Assembly (NCBI GenBank): GCA_019828565.1
Contig: JAHDYR010000012.1
Location: 1,746,945 to 1,810,944, forward strand
From: Carpediemonas membranifera BICM
Taxonomy: Eukaryota; Protista; Fornicata
DNA length: 64,000 nucleotides
Reading direction: 5' to 3'
The position numbers and the translations under genes were made by a program. Below are positions 25,396 through 37,878 of this stretch, piece after piece; the first letter of the stretch is position 1; each line of letters opens with the position of its first letter. Under the pieces are notes generated by a model. It searched no databases. It was not told the origin of the DNA and saw nothing but the letters and a program-made list of their open reading frames with translations.

Positions 25396-26499
25396 CCAGG
25401 TGTAGTGGTCCAAGACCCATCAAAAGATTATCGTGCAGTTTATGTAAACAGTCCATTGCTCGCCTCACGCCCCGCGTTCCGAGCGGGACGGAGTTGAGCA
25501 TGCCGACTCAGTCGACCTTGATGGCGACAGACTCGTGCTGGCCATGTCCACCAGGCAGCCGCCTGTACCACGCCCGGGCGGAGTGACCGGATTTATCCAG
25601 TCGACCATGCCCGTGGCGACCCGGCACATCCTCTCGACCCCACGTCCATCTCCTGGGGCACGGACGCAATTAGCTAATGATCCACGCAGCGAACAACCGT
25701 TCCACAGTCGACTTGCACCATGCAGTCGCCCGGACTCACGCGCCGGCGGCAACCAACACGACTGGACACATCGCTGCCCCGTTTGCCCGCGTCGAAGTGC
25801 CCACACTCGCCTGTCAGACCCCGCTCGCCAGCCTGCAGCACGGCGACACTTAGCCTGACCTTCTCCGTTGGAAATGTCCGGTATGGGAAGTTGACGAAAC
25901 CAACCGGAAAAAGGCCAAAAGCTGGCAATCGGGATTTATCGGATCTCATTGAAAGCTATTCGAGCTCGAAGCGAGCGACGGTGCCCCGCGGCGCCAGCAT
26001 CCACCAAATGGTAATTTCAGGACCAAGAGTTCGTCTGCTCTGGGGCACGAGAGCAGAAATGGGAAGTATTCTCCTAACCCACTAGCCATAGGGCACATTG
26101 GGGAAGCAAATTGCTCCCCGGAGGAGATCGCCCGTTGCGAAGCAGGTTAGCGCCAGAGCGGGCCGGCAGAGGACAACTGGCTGCTCCAGGTGAGGTGCGC
26201 ACCACCTCACCTGGAGCCCACTCCCCTGCCCTGTATACCTCGCCGTGCGCCAAGCTATGTCGAGCAACAGATGATCGTCCTCGTGTGCCCAAAAATGCAC
26301 AGAGGCAAAAACCACCCAAAAGGGAATAAGTTAGCCTCGGTAGGAAAGCGTTGACAGAATACACAGTACTCTAACAACAAACAAAACCTACCGCCCATGC
26401 TCCTGGGACCCACAAGGGGACCAGACGCAACTAAACGCTCCTCGCACAAACCCACAAGGGAAATCAACGCGAACAAGCGTACTGCGCCACCTTTATGAT

Positions 26500-29400
26500 T
26501 GAAACCCCTACCGTAACCGGTACCCGCAGTAGGCCCCAGAGGCACTGCGACACGATTGCCTCAGACAACTTAACTGGGGCCATATGGCAAAGTAACCCGA
26601 GAGCACCGGGACCGGCGGCCAATAGGCTCTCACTGGGAGGCCACTGGGCCACACTACTCCGGCGCCCGTGCTCTCATGCCGCCCAAGACCGGGCTTGTGG
26701 ACGTCATTGCCACGAGAGCCGGGATCGCCGCCCGCCGCCGGCATAGGCAACAGGGCCACCACAACAGGCCCCCAGTACACCAGCCATACCGGACAACAGA
26801 CCGGGAGCGCTGAGGGCCCCGTCCACAGCCCCACAAGAAACGCCCAGCCGAAGCCAAAAGGCATAAACCATCACGGTGTTTACCAGGACTCACAACCTCT
26901 TGGGAGTGACGCGACCCAGGAAGGAAACAACCGGGCTGCGACCACAAGATACAGGACGAGCGGCGTGAATGGCAACCAGCTGGTGCAGCCGGGCGTCTAT
27001 GCGAGCACGAAGGCGCTTATAGACCCGCATTTGGCCCCTCAGCTCAGCGTCGAAACCCCGAGCCGACTTAGACTCGTGGGGACTCAGGTCCTCGTCACGG
27101 TAATTCTGAGCCAGGTAGGAAAAGGCAGCGGCACGCTCCCGCCACCGGCTGGCCAGGACGTCCACCTGGGCAAAATCGTCAGCTATGGTCCGCAGGAAAT
27201 GCGCCTCCCAACCCCGAGGAGTCGCCGGGCCAGGAGTCGGGGACTCCCGAGAAGGAGCGGTGAAGCCCCTGCCGCCACAAGGCAAGGGACTACCCTGGGG
27301 CCCGGAGGGGAATATGGGATCCCCCGTCGGAGTGCGAAGAGGGCCCTGCTTCCCGGGAAAGAGGCGGCGCCCCCGAAATCGGAGTCCAGGCCGTACTCGG
27401 GCCAAGGACTCGATAGGGATCGGAGTGCATAACCCCTGGTAATGCACCTCCCCCTCTGGGGACCGCTGGGCAGCGGAGGCGCCGGCCGAATGGCCAGGAG
27501 GAGGCGTGAAGGTGGAAGGAGAGATGGAACGGACGCATGGGGAATAAGGGACAGCAGCCCCGTGTGGGGCGATGCTCCCTGTCCCTGCAATAAGGTTCCC
27601 TTTTGGGTTTTCGCCAGACATGTTTTGTGTGGAAACAAGGTCCGCAACAAACCTCGCATACCTCGCCCCTGAACCATCCGCCCTGAGGAAGGGAAAGGAG
27701 CCATACAAGACCAGGACATCGCTGGCTGGCGCCCCTTGGAACCTCCACCAAACCTCCTCAAGCCCCTCCAAGAAGCTGGCAAAAGTGCACTTCCCGCCTT
27801 TTGCCACTCCAAATGGAAACAGGGGAATATCCCAACAGGGACATGCCAGATAGGGAAGAAAGCATGATTTATGGCTTATTCGCCCTTAAGGCTGCACCCA
27901 GAAGGGATCTCAGGAAAACCAGAAGGGAAAAAGCAAATACGTCCATTATCCAGCTCGGCAACGCGATAGGATACGACAAGATTGTAGACCCAGAACAGGG
28001 AAGCTTTACAGCAAAGGAAGGCCCAGGGGAGCTCCGGAAAAGCCGGGCCAAGAAGCTGTTTGCATCACTTCCCCTCCTGAGACGGTACACAAAAGCCGCC
28101 CAACAGCCATACTGGCTATTCATTGAAGGGAACCGGCTGGACCTAGAGCAGGCGGAGACACTAAGCCGGCTTCGCCCAGGGTCCCCCAAATTTGTGTTCT
28201 ACCCCAGAGTCCAGGCGGACTACTCCAAGTACGTAGCACATCCCCACCGGACGAGCCAGACGGCACCAGCTAGTGATCAACACACCCCATCACTTCTCCC
28301 CGTGGAGGAGGGCCTTGATCTCGGCCGAATCCATAACCGGGACTTTTCGAGACCACGCCACACAATGACCTCGAACAGCTCCCAAAGCGTCCCAGACGCC
28401 TTGGATTGCGCAAACACCACCCCAAATGGGATCAAGGAGTCGTTAACGCCACTGGGCAAGCAACTGGCCACACCGGACGAATGGGACTGCATCAGAGCCT
28501 CAGCAGATGCGGCTATTCCCACAAGGGACGTTGCCATGGTCTTCACCAGAGATGACGCAACGGACTTCACTGCCCGAACGGGAAAGGTCGCAAGGACGCT
28601 CCTCCTAGAGCTCGTGGCAACATCGCTGCAAGCTGCAGGACATTCTTCGATCTCAGGCAACGGCATCCAGACCAAGTACGGGATGGAGGCTGCAATGTGG
28701 CTCCTCCATGCCGCCGGACACGCCATCTCCGCGGGAGCTGCAGCCAGAGGGCTCCCCCTCACTAGGACGCGAAAACAAGAAGCTCTGGGCCGACCTAGGC
28801 CGGGAACTAGCCAAAGGGCAAGGCTACCACGCCCCTCACCCCCCGGAGGGAGGTTTCCGCAGACCAGACGGCACGCCCATCCAGATCTGGACCCAGGGCC
28901 CCGTCGAGGAGATCCTCATCTACAGCAGAACCGAGGGTGTGATGAGGCCAGTCTTCCCACCCCCACCCCTGGAAGAAGAGCCTTCGGCAGCAGAGGCAGA
29001 CCTGAGGGAGGAGGTCAGAGACCTCATCCAACGGTGGTCAGTCCCCGGCTTCCCCGAACTCTGGTCGGCATGGGATAAGACCAGGCGTCTCTGGCCCCCA
29101 CCCGCGAGGATTGCCCGCGAACTGGTGTCTGCCTCCTTTCTGACGCGCAACATCACTAACTACTGGCTCACAACGGGGCAGACCCAAGTTATAGAGCCCG
29201 TACGGGACGGGGCATCTCATGGAGCCCTGGGTACTAACGAAGAAGAAACCCCCCTGGGCCCGAGCGGCAGCAGGACTTCCGGCCCTGATGACACACCCAC
29301 CACGCCAAACAAGGGCACATGCGGGCCCAGCATGGGAGCTAGCCCGCCTCGTTCCAATATCACCCAACGAGCCAACACCACCAGGCAGTTGATCGCTATG

Positions 29401-31653
29401 GTGGACTTTGAGGAAGGAAGAGCCAGATCCAACCAAGGATACGAGGCCATCATTTGCGAAGGGGCGGCACTGATTTTCGACCCAGCTAACGAGCAAATCC
29501 TCTACTACATGCACGGGATGCTTGGGGAAGACATCACAGTGGATGCCCTGGACCAATGTCTGTGGGCCACGCACTACATCCATGGCTGCCCACCAGCTAC
29601 GTTTGTCGACGTCACCACGGGCAAAGCCCCCAAGGGATACGAAGCAGACTTCCCCCACGCCAAGCGATGGTGCACCGAGATGGCTACAGAGCTGAAGAGA
29701 CTGGAAGACGACTCGGGGCCACAGAAGACCCACGTCCACATCGTGGCTAAGGGAGTCGAGGCTGAGAGAAGCATCCTGACCAGTGAGAAGTTCGTCCCAG
29801 ACGGGAACCTCCGCACCTGGCTAAGCTTACGCCTCATGGATGAAACTGACCTCAACACGATCTTCCCCAACATCCTCGACACGCTGACCTGGTTCTACCC
29901 CCAATAGTGGGGAGAAGAGCCTCACCGGCCTCCCCTCCCGACCCCAGTCCGAACTGGGCCGGACCTGGACCAGAAGGTACCAACAGCGCCCGGAGGCAAA
30001 ATTGGTGTGCCCCTATCACAAGCACGCACCCCACCACTGCCACGGCGCCCTAGCAGATGTCTCCATATTCTACGCCAGACTAGCAACAGCGTTCTGGATG
30101 AGAGACAACCCAGGCTGGGACTGGGGGCAGGTAGAAGCCCACCTCACAGCCCTAGGAAGCATGCTCATGGGCAGGGAGTCGCCGTACCATGATGAATACA
30201 AGGACCTGGCGACCAAAGTCAACGCCAGACACGGCCTCGGCACCGTGGCGGCCGGTCGCCTAACCCCATTGTCCCAACAAGTCAACCTCTTTGGCACCAA
30301 GAACCCCAAACGGGGCCAGATTATCATGACCAACTGGGAGGAAAACGATTTCAGCTCCGGAAAGGGTATCACCAGAGCCCTGGAAGGAACAGCCGTGATC
30401 ATCGGAAACCCAGAATCGCTCGCGAGAGTAGGCGAACTAGCGCGACCCATCCTCCTGGAAATCCACTCGGAGTGGAACGGGCGCCGCCACGCTGTCCAAG
30501 ACGGTTTCCCTTGGGCGAACCTGAGGGGGAGCCCACGGAAATAGACGCGGAAAAAGATGCTTACTCTAGACGTCAGCGACACCAAAACGATGACCCTATC
30601 CCAAGCGGCGTCTTTGATGCCCGTCCACAAATTCGACATAGCTGGAGGCCACATGGGCAGAGAAGCCAGGAAGAAGATCTTCAACTACTTCACGGAGGTC
30701 CCAGCCGACGATCGAGAACTCCTGGCCAACATGTGTGTCGACCCGGAGACAGGCTCCATCAACTTCCTCCCCTCGTTCCTCCCCCGGGACTGGGGTATCA
30801 CGGATGAACCAGCAGAAAGAGGAAAGAGGCGAGTGGGCACCTTGAGGAGCGCCTCCTGGATAGGCAAACTCGCCCTGGCGGGCTCAGGCGTGGAACACCC
30901 AAAAGGGGGGAAGCCATGGGACACGCTGAACTGTGTTTTCCCGGAAGGCGCCAGCACTAACACCAAGAACAGACTGAGGACCGAGAGGAAGCAGGCGCTT
31001 CGAACAAAGGTGAGACGAAGGGCTACTGAACTCGCCAAGATGCTCCACAGGAGGACGGAGGTCTACCTGCCGAATGGCGGCATAGGGGGCCTATATGGCC
31101 CTCCACGCGGGCAAATTGTCACTGAACAACCGCAAAGTAGCAGGACAGAGCGAACAGAGCCCGGGCCCCCTCCAACTAAGAGCTGTGCCCCCCCCATACC
31201 CCCCAACCCATCAGCCAAGACCCGCCAGGTCAGACAGGTGGACCAAGAGGACCTGCAGCCCAAAAAGAGCACGACAGGAGGACACCGACCTGGGCAGAGG
31301 CATAGCGGCCCTGCTGGACCAAGCCATGGCCCGGCGAGAAGCAGAGGTCAGACAACAGCTGGAAGAAGCTGCAGCCAGAACCATCAACGAGCTCAAGGCC
31401 AAAAAGCCAGGAGCTGGAGGAAGAACGGGAAGCCCGGAGAGCAGCCCAAGCTGCGTTGGACGAGATGCGGAAGGACCTCAGGAAGACAACGGAGAAGTGC
31501 TCGTCTCTAACCGAAGAGAACGAGGACTTACTCAGCCGCGCGGCCCGACTCTCGGCGACCAACGAAGCCCTCAGCTTCACCCTAGCAGCCAAGATGGATA
31601 ACTTCAGGTCTGACCTGAGAAGGAAGAGAGGCGAGGAGAAGGAAGGAGAGTAG
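26500..31653 (+). pseudogene. LINE A ORF1 region (frameshifted, about 5 kb): DEDDh exonuclease, degenerate SF1 helicase-like motifs, C-terminal coiled coil
   Basis: Chain of overlapping plus-strand ORFs (26668, 27572, 27801, 28708, 30002, 30557, 31456). Motifs MVDFE, HYIHG, VAKG..AE..IL, CPYH...HGALAD, ARTGKV.RTL, LTPLSQQV, ITRA...VIIGN. The start is uncertain. Confidence 0.6.
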
Positions 31654-32226
31654 AAACAATCATAAGTAAGAGGTGCAGAGGGTAGTGTGATATAAGTCTG
31701 AGCTAAAAGTGTATATATGAACCAGCATGTATGGCCAGGCTGTGACTAGTAGGGCCTTAAAGTCCAAATGGACACCGGCGAACCATTCCGGCGGGAGCAA
31801 AAATGCAACACATTCTTTTTCAACAAACCCCTGTGCCCCACAGGGGCCGGGGGCAGGGTTACCAAAAGGTAAAAAGAGCCCTGCCTGTCCGGCAGGCTGT
31901 AACTCCAGCCTTGGGAGGGGCAACAACCACTGTCGCTCCCACCTAAGCTCGTTAGGTAATGGTCCTGCCATGCGGCGAGGAAGGAAGCTAAGCGGAGACC
32001 GGCAGCAATGCCGACAAGCATCGTGAGGCCCCGACTGTGAAAGGGAATGGTATGCCCTAGGCCGGGAACTAAGGGAATACAGGCACAAGCCTGCCCAAAA
32101 AGGAAACGACTGCTCGGTTAGAGGCCTCAGCAACCCACCAAAAGGTACGCCCAAAAAGGGAATGTCTACAAAGAGCAGATTAGTGCGCGCAGGGTAACTC
32201 CCGCAGTTTATGTCAGAACAACCTGA

Positions 32227-35200
32227 ATGAGAATAATATCGCTAAACAGCGAAGGGCACCTAGCGGGCGCAAACGATTACAGCGGATCCATAGCTTTATC
32301 CATCCGCAAGAGGATAAGGACTGATGCGATCCTCCTCCAGGAAACCAAGCGGTACGGTAATACCACCATCCCTTGCTGGGTAGATCTCCAGTACGCCTGT
32401 GCAGGAGAGGTCAAGCCATTAGAGGCAACGCGCAAGCGACCCACAAAGGGACTGGCCACACTGATTAGCCCGCACTCCAAAGCGGAATGGGACGTAGGCG
32501 TGTCCGACGGGACGAACCCACGAATCCAAGTAAGCATCCTCAAAGCATCGAGGGCCACGGCAGTCATCAATATCTACGCTCCCGATAGTGGATGTGCACG
32601 ACCCGAGATTGAGGAGTTCGACCGGATGCTAGAGCAAACCGTCGCGAACTATGAGGGGTGTGACATCATCATCATCGGGGACTGGAACAGGAGGCCAGGG
32701 AAACTCAGGCAAGCAACTGCGATGACCCTCCAGCGATGGAACCTCACCCCAATAGCACCAACTGCACCGACGTACGGGACTAACTCCCGAACGTCCACAA
32801 TAGACTATGCAGCGGTAACAGGGGGTATCCAAAACCCGGTTGTTAGGGTAATAGACAAGACCACAATCGGGCACTGGGGGTCGGCACACAAAGCCATAGA
32901 GCTCACCTGGGATAGCAACCCGACAGGGAAACCAGAGATATCAAAGAGACTGGAAATCCCACGGATCGATACGTGGCTGGTCAAACCCAGGAGAACAGGG
33001 CCCAAGCTAGAAGAGTGGCCACCACTAGACAGCAAAAATACCAGTGGACGAGATGGAGACTCTCATAAGGAAATGGTTGTCCACCGGGTTTGCTACTCCA
33101 GAAGGCACCCATTCGCTGTAGAAAACCAGGAACGTATCCCTAGTGAGGTATGGGAACGGCTGGCCAAAGCCTCCACCTGGAGCAAAAACCGCCGCCAAAG
33201 ATATCAAAAAGTCCCACAACGGAGCACTGAGCAGATCATGGAGGACCTTCCAACATGACTGGAATGAGCAGGTTGAGGTTGGATCCCGTGATGGGTACAA
33301 AACGACAAAAAGGATCCTCGCAAACCAAGTGTTCCGCTTCTGGAACGAGAAGCAGCACGCCGGTCTCCCGGTGATGCTGAAGGCTGGAAACAAGATTCTA
33401 GCAAGGCAGAGGGAGATTGCAGACTCCCTCCAGGAGCAGTACGCGAAGGTAAGCTCCGGGAAGGAACCCACCTGGGAACCCACCTGGGAAACCGAGCCGG
33501 AAACGGACATGGAGGACCATCCGCCATCGCTTGAAGAAGTGACAGCGGCGGTCAAGTCCATAAGGAAGTCCTCGGCCGGAGGCCCGGACGGGATTATTGG
33601 AGATTGTCTGAGGGACCTCCCCGAGTCAGCGTACGAGGCAATCACAGTCCTGCTCGCGAAAGTATACGACAGCGGGACCATGCCAACCACATGGAAGTAT
33701 GCAGCGGTGTCGCCTATCCACAAGGTTGGGAAGGACAAGCTCACGCCCAGCTCGTACAGACCGATCCCCCTCACCCCCCCTCCTATACAGAGCCTACGGG
33801 AGGATACTGAAATGGCGCCTCAGGCCGACGGTGGAGAAGTTCATCCCCAGAGAGCAAGTTGGGTTCATGAAAGGGAAAACTGTAGTGGATCACATAGCCC
33901 TCCTAGCCCAACTCCACCAGTCCGGAAACCGTACCAGCGTCCTACTTGACATAGCAAAAGCATATGATACGGTCCCAAGGGACCTGCTGGTGAACAAGTT
34001 GACGCTCATGGGGGTACACCCAAGACTGACGAGGGCCATCCGAAATACACTTACAGAAACGTACATCTCGGTACGAGGGGCAAGCACATGGTCCAGAACA
34101 AACATGGGGGTCAAGCAAGGATGTGTGGTGGCCCCCACTCTGTTCATTCTCTTCACAGCTAACTGGCTAAGCCAGGCGGCACTGTACCTCCGGCATAGAG
34201 AGATCCCGGACCCCTGCCTCCCTCCAACGGACGATAGGCCCAAAAACTGCCTCATTGCAATGTTTGTAGATGATACAAGCATCTCAGCCGAGACCCCGCA
34301 GCTCGCCGAAGAAGGCACAGACGCAGTGGTCAGGGTAATTGAAGCCCATGGACTCCAGACCAGCCCAGGCAAAAGTGTGGTGATAAGTACCGACGTAACT
34401 GCAGCGGTCAGCATCCAAGGAACTCCCACACTGGCGTCAGACTCAGCAAGGTATCTGGGACTCTGGCTAGCCAGCGGGAAGAATCCGTTGGCAGCATGCA
34501 TCAAAAATGAAGACGTCACAATCCCGGAAATACCTAGCCCTGGCAGGAGAGCAGGGTGGACCAAAGGATCCACCCCGGCCGCCACCTCGGAATCCATCCT
34601 CAGAACCTTCCTCTGGCCCAAGATCGAGTTCGGGATCGAGATCTGGGGGCCAAGCGCCAGGGGAAGAGCCATCTGGAACAACTGGCGCGGCCTAATGGCA
34701 GGCACAGGACCAGGGGGAGGAGGAGCCGCCCGTGTACTAATGGGATGGATGTGCTGGGAGGCAGATATGGGGCAGAGAGCGGTGAGGCTCTATGAGTCTG
34801 CGCACGACCCGGACCGTCCGCCCCCCTAGGGAATCTGGACTGGGCGACAGCGGAGAGAGGATCGGTCTTACATCGCCTCTACCAATGGCGACGGAGCGTC
34901 CTCCAGGGCACACAGGAGGAGATGCCCGCCAGGGAAAGAGCAAAGAGGGGAGGCTGGACCCTCACAGCAGAAGAACTACTGCACACCGGGGAGCCGAACG
35001 GCCAAAGGGGTGGCAACAGTACTAGCCCCGGAAGTCATCCTCAGCATGCAGCAAGGGAAGAGACCCAAGAAACCAGGAATGATCAAGGGTGAGATGATAA
35101 CCAGACGGGAAGTCAAGAGAGTAATCATGACTGCATCCAACACACTCCCCTCCCCCAGCAACAGTGGCAGAAGCAGAGCCATACTTGGGAGCGCGATCGG

Positions 35201-35601
35201 CCAGCCCCAGGCCCTCCTGAGCAGGATCAAGCGGTGTTGCCCCCTATGTACCCTGGACTCAGAAGGTGACACCATTACTCGCCTGTACACTGTCACCAGA
35301 ACCGCGGCGGAAACCACCAAAAATCCTCTCAGAATGGGCATACAACCAGCCCCTGGGAACACAAAGCCACATCATCTGCCAATGCAAGGCGGTAGAACGC
35401 CCAGAAGGATGGAATGACATCCTGGCGGAGGCGCATCTACGCACACAGTACCACGCCCTAAGGCAAGGGCAGGAGGCGGAGTGGTACAACTCAAGGGCAA
35501 TCCTGGAAATGCTCTGGCTCCTCCGCAGCGAGGACCATACCGTCAGAGAGGGACTGCAGAACGGCAGACGTGCCCTTCTGAACCTCCGAAAAGATGGGTA
35601 A
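32227..35601 (+). pseudogene. LINE A ORF2: AP endonuclease, reverse transcriptase and C-terminal zinc finger, with frameshifts and stops
   Basis: SLN, LQETK, NIYAP, GDWN, IDY and SAH (APE). SAGGPDG, YRPI, LDIAKAYDTV, GVKQG and FVDD (RT). CPLC...HIICQC. Confidence 0.93.
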
Positions 35602-37784
35602 GTACACCATCCCAGAATCCTATGACCTCTGGGACCAGGGTCAAACTGGGACCCAACCCCCCGCCTCAACCGAAGCGGAGCGCTCCTGGGATCAGCGGGG
35701 GACGCAAGCCCCACGTATCCCGGTAGCACCCAGCCGCGGAAGGGGGACTCAACCCCGAACACTAATCTCGCTAACACACAAACGCTCACCCATACTGGGA
35801 ACGTAGACAACATTCAGCCGGCAGAACCGGCACACTCTTCACACGTATAAGAAATAACCCAGAGCCATAGGGCGGGGCACGTATGCACATGTATACACGT
35901 ACGTGCGAGGTATCGGGGCGCAGCAGCCAAACAGGAGGGTAACCATAAGGCAACAATACCACCTGGGCGGCACCTGGACCAAATCAGAGCTGCGCCGAAC
36001 GGCCCGGCACCCAAAACTTGGAACCAGCCGGAAGCTAGGAAGAAGCCCTATAGGGAACAAATCCTTGAGGAGGGGATCCATGCCGGAACGGAAAGTGTGG
36101 AAGAGCCCGAACGCAGCCGTGAATCATATAGCTACCCAGCGATGATCGGTGGGTTTCATAACTGGCCCAATTGCGTGGTACGGCAAACGCCAAGCCCGAA
36201 ACCGCTTCGGCGGGTGCCTGAAAAATTGCAAACTGGGTCGAATGGTATGGAGAACATATCCCTGAGAGGAGCCCTGTAGGGGGAAACCGAGCAGAAGGCC
36301 CCGGTGGCGGGTGTGCAGGGCAAGGCCTTGCGGGTGCCAGGCAGAACGGGGGCCCGAAGGACCCCCAAGAGTAAGACCTGGGTTATCCCGACTTTGGGGG
36401 TATCGGGCCAGCCAGTTGATAGGTCAACATGCAAGGGACTACCCAGCCTTACCAGCTGGACCCTGACGGTGATGGTGCTAACGCCCCCAACGTAGTATCA
36501 GGCTCGCTCACGAAGGGAAGTCAACACGCTAAGGCGTTCCCGGGGACATGGGGTGGTGCAAACTGGTAATTCCCTGATTTACACAGGTGTACAGGATACG
36601 TTAAATTTCTTTCTTTCTTTCTAGCCTGACCTTCTCCACGTCCGCTGATGCATGTCCGCTCTCATCGCACCGTCAATGTGGAGTTTGGCGGAGTGTGTCG
36701 GCTGGGCCTCATTCAGTTGACCCAGTCGACGGCAGACCAGTCCACGCCTATGGAAGGCATAGTCACCTGTCACGTGACATCGGGACACGTCAGCACATGC
36801 TCCGGCCTGCCTAATGTCGGCAATCTCCACGACGCCTGCTCACCTGAGCCACTCTTAATCAGCTAATCCTCACTGCTCCTCCCTCCACATGAAGTGGCCC
36901 CCAGTTTCCTCGCCCTTGTTTCAGCTTGGGTGATGACTGCCGGTTAGGGCAGCGCGCGTCCCGTTTCACCCAGACGATAACTGCCCCAAATCCGGCCCGG
37001 CCGCTCGCGCCATGGCGCAGCTCACCCGCCACGCTTCTGCCTCATTGCCAGTCCTCGACTCGCCCTTGTCTTACCCTGGGTGACGAGGGGCCGGCCCTGC
37101 CTCTCCCATGACTGGGACAGCCAGAACACAGCAGCTGCCACGTACTCCCTTCTGACACCTCGATGCTTGTCGACTCGACTAGAACGACGCGCGTTTCACC
37201 GCCGTCAACGGTCATTCTCATCAGCCCAGTTTCCGAGTACTTATCACCTCCGATGTGCTATACGTCCTATACGTCTCAGCTGTCGCTGTCGACAACATAA
37301 TTCGCTTCGAACTCACGCATGTGAATCTTATCGAACGTCGACTGATGGCACAATACCCGCTTCCGGAGTCCGCCCCGTTCTCATTAAGGCGGGGTAGAGT
37401 GCAGCACCCATGTGCAGCCGTCACGGCAACCATGACCGCAGCATTTCCTGCCACTGAGAATCCTCATTCCCGTGTTCCTTCGCCGATCGGCGCTTCAGTC
37501 TCATGCTAAGCCATCTCAGGTCCCGCTCGAAGATGCCGCACCTCGCACCACCACCGTTTGCCGCGTTTCCCCTGCTTGATTTGACTTGGCGCATCGCCTT
37601 GGACGAGATCTCCGTCCAGTATCCTTCGCCCTCTCGGGTCCATCAGCAGCCGGATGTCGCGCATCCTCCATTTCATATCTGCCATATCTCTTTGATCTCT
37701 CGCAGACCGCTTACAGTATACCTTGTCTCGGATATTACACTCCCGACTTCCAGTTTCCAGTACAGGCGTTGAGCGTGGGGGCAG

Positions 37785-37878
37785 TGTAGTGGTCCAAGAC
37801 CCATCAAAAGATTATCGTGCAGTTTATGTAAACAGTCCATTGCTCTTCTTCCCATCCTGACCTGTGGGGACTATCACA
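37785..37878 (+). repeat. 3' LTR of element E (94 bp)
   Basis: First 61 bp identical to 25401-25461; TGT...ACA termini. Confidence 0.88.

Larger units (their letters stand above)
25867..36621 (+). mobile_element. Giant APE-type non-LTR retrotransposon (LINE A), 10.7 kb
   Basis: 16-bp TSD TAGCCTGACCTTCTCC at 25851-25866 and 36622-36637. (TTTC)n 3' tail. APE-RT ORF2. Confidence 0.95.
25401..37878 (+). mobile_element. Internally deleted LTR element E nested in C (hosts LINE A)
   Basis: Full 94-bp 3' LTR at 37785-37878 preceded by PPT GTGGGGGCAG. Truncated 5' LTR at 25401-25461. 5-bp TSD CCAGG at 25396-25400 and 37879-37883. No gag-pol remains. Confidence 0.88.

Noticed and set aside
25396-25501. 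N-terminus of track ORF 25070-25501 (and ORF 37673-37855)
   Set aside because: Read-through of element E sequence; the true upstream part of the gene is at 37879-38609.
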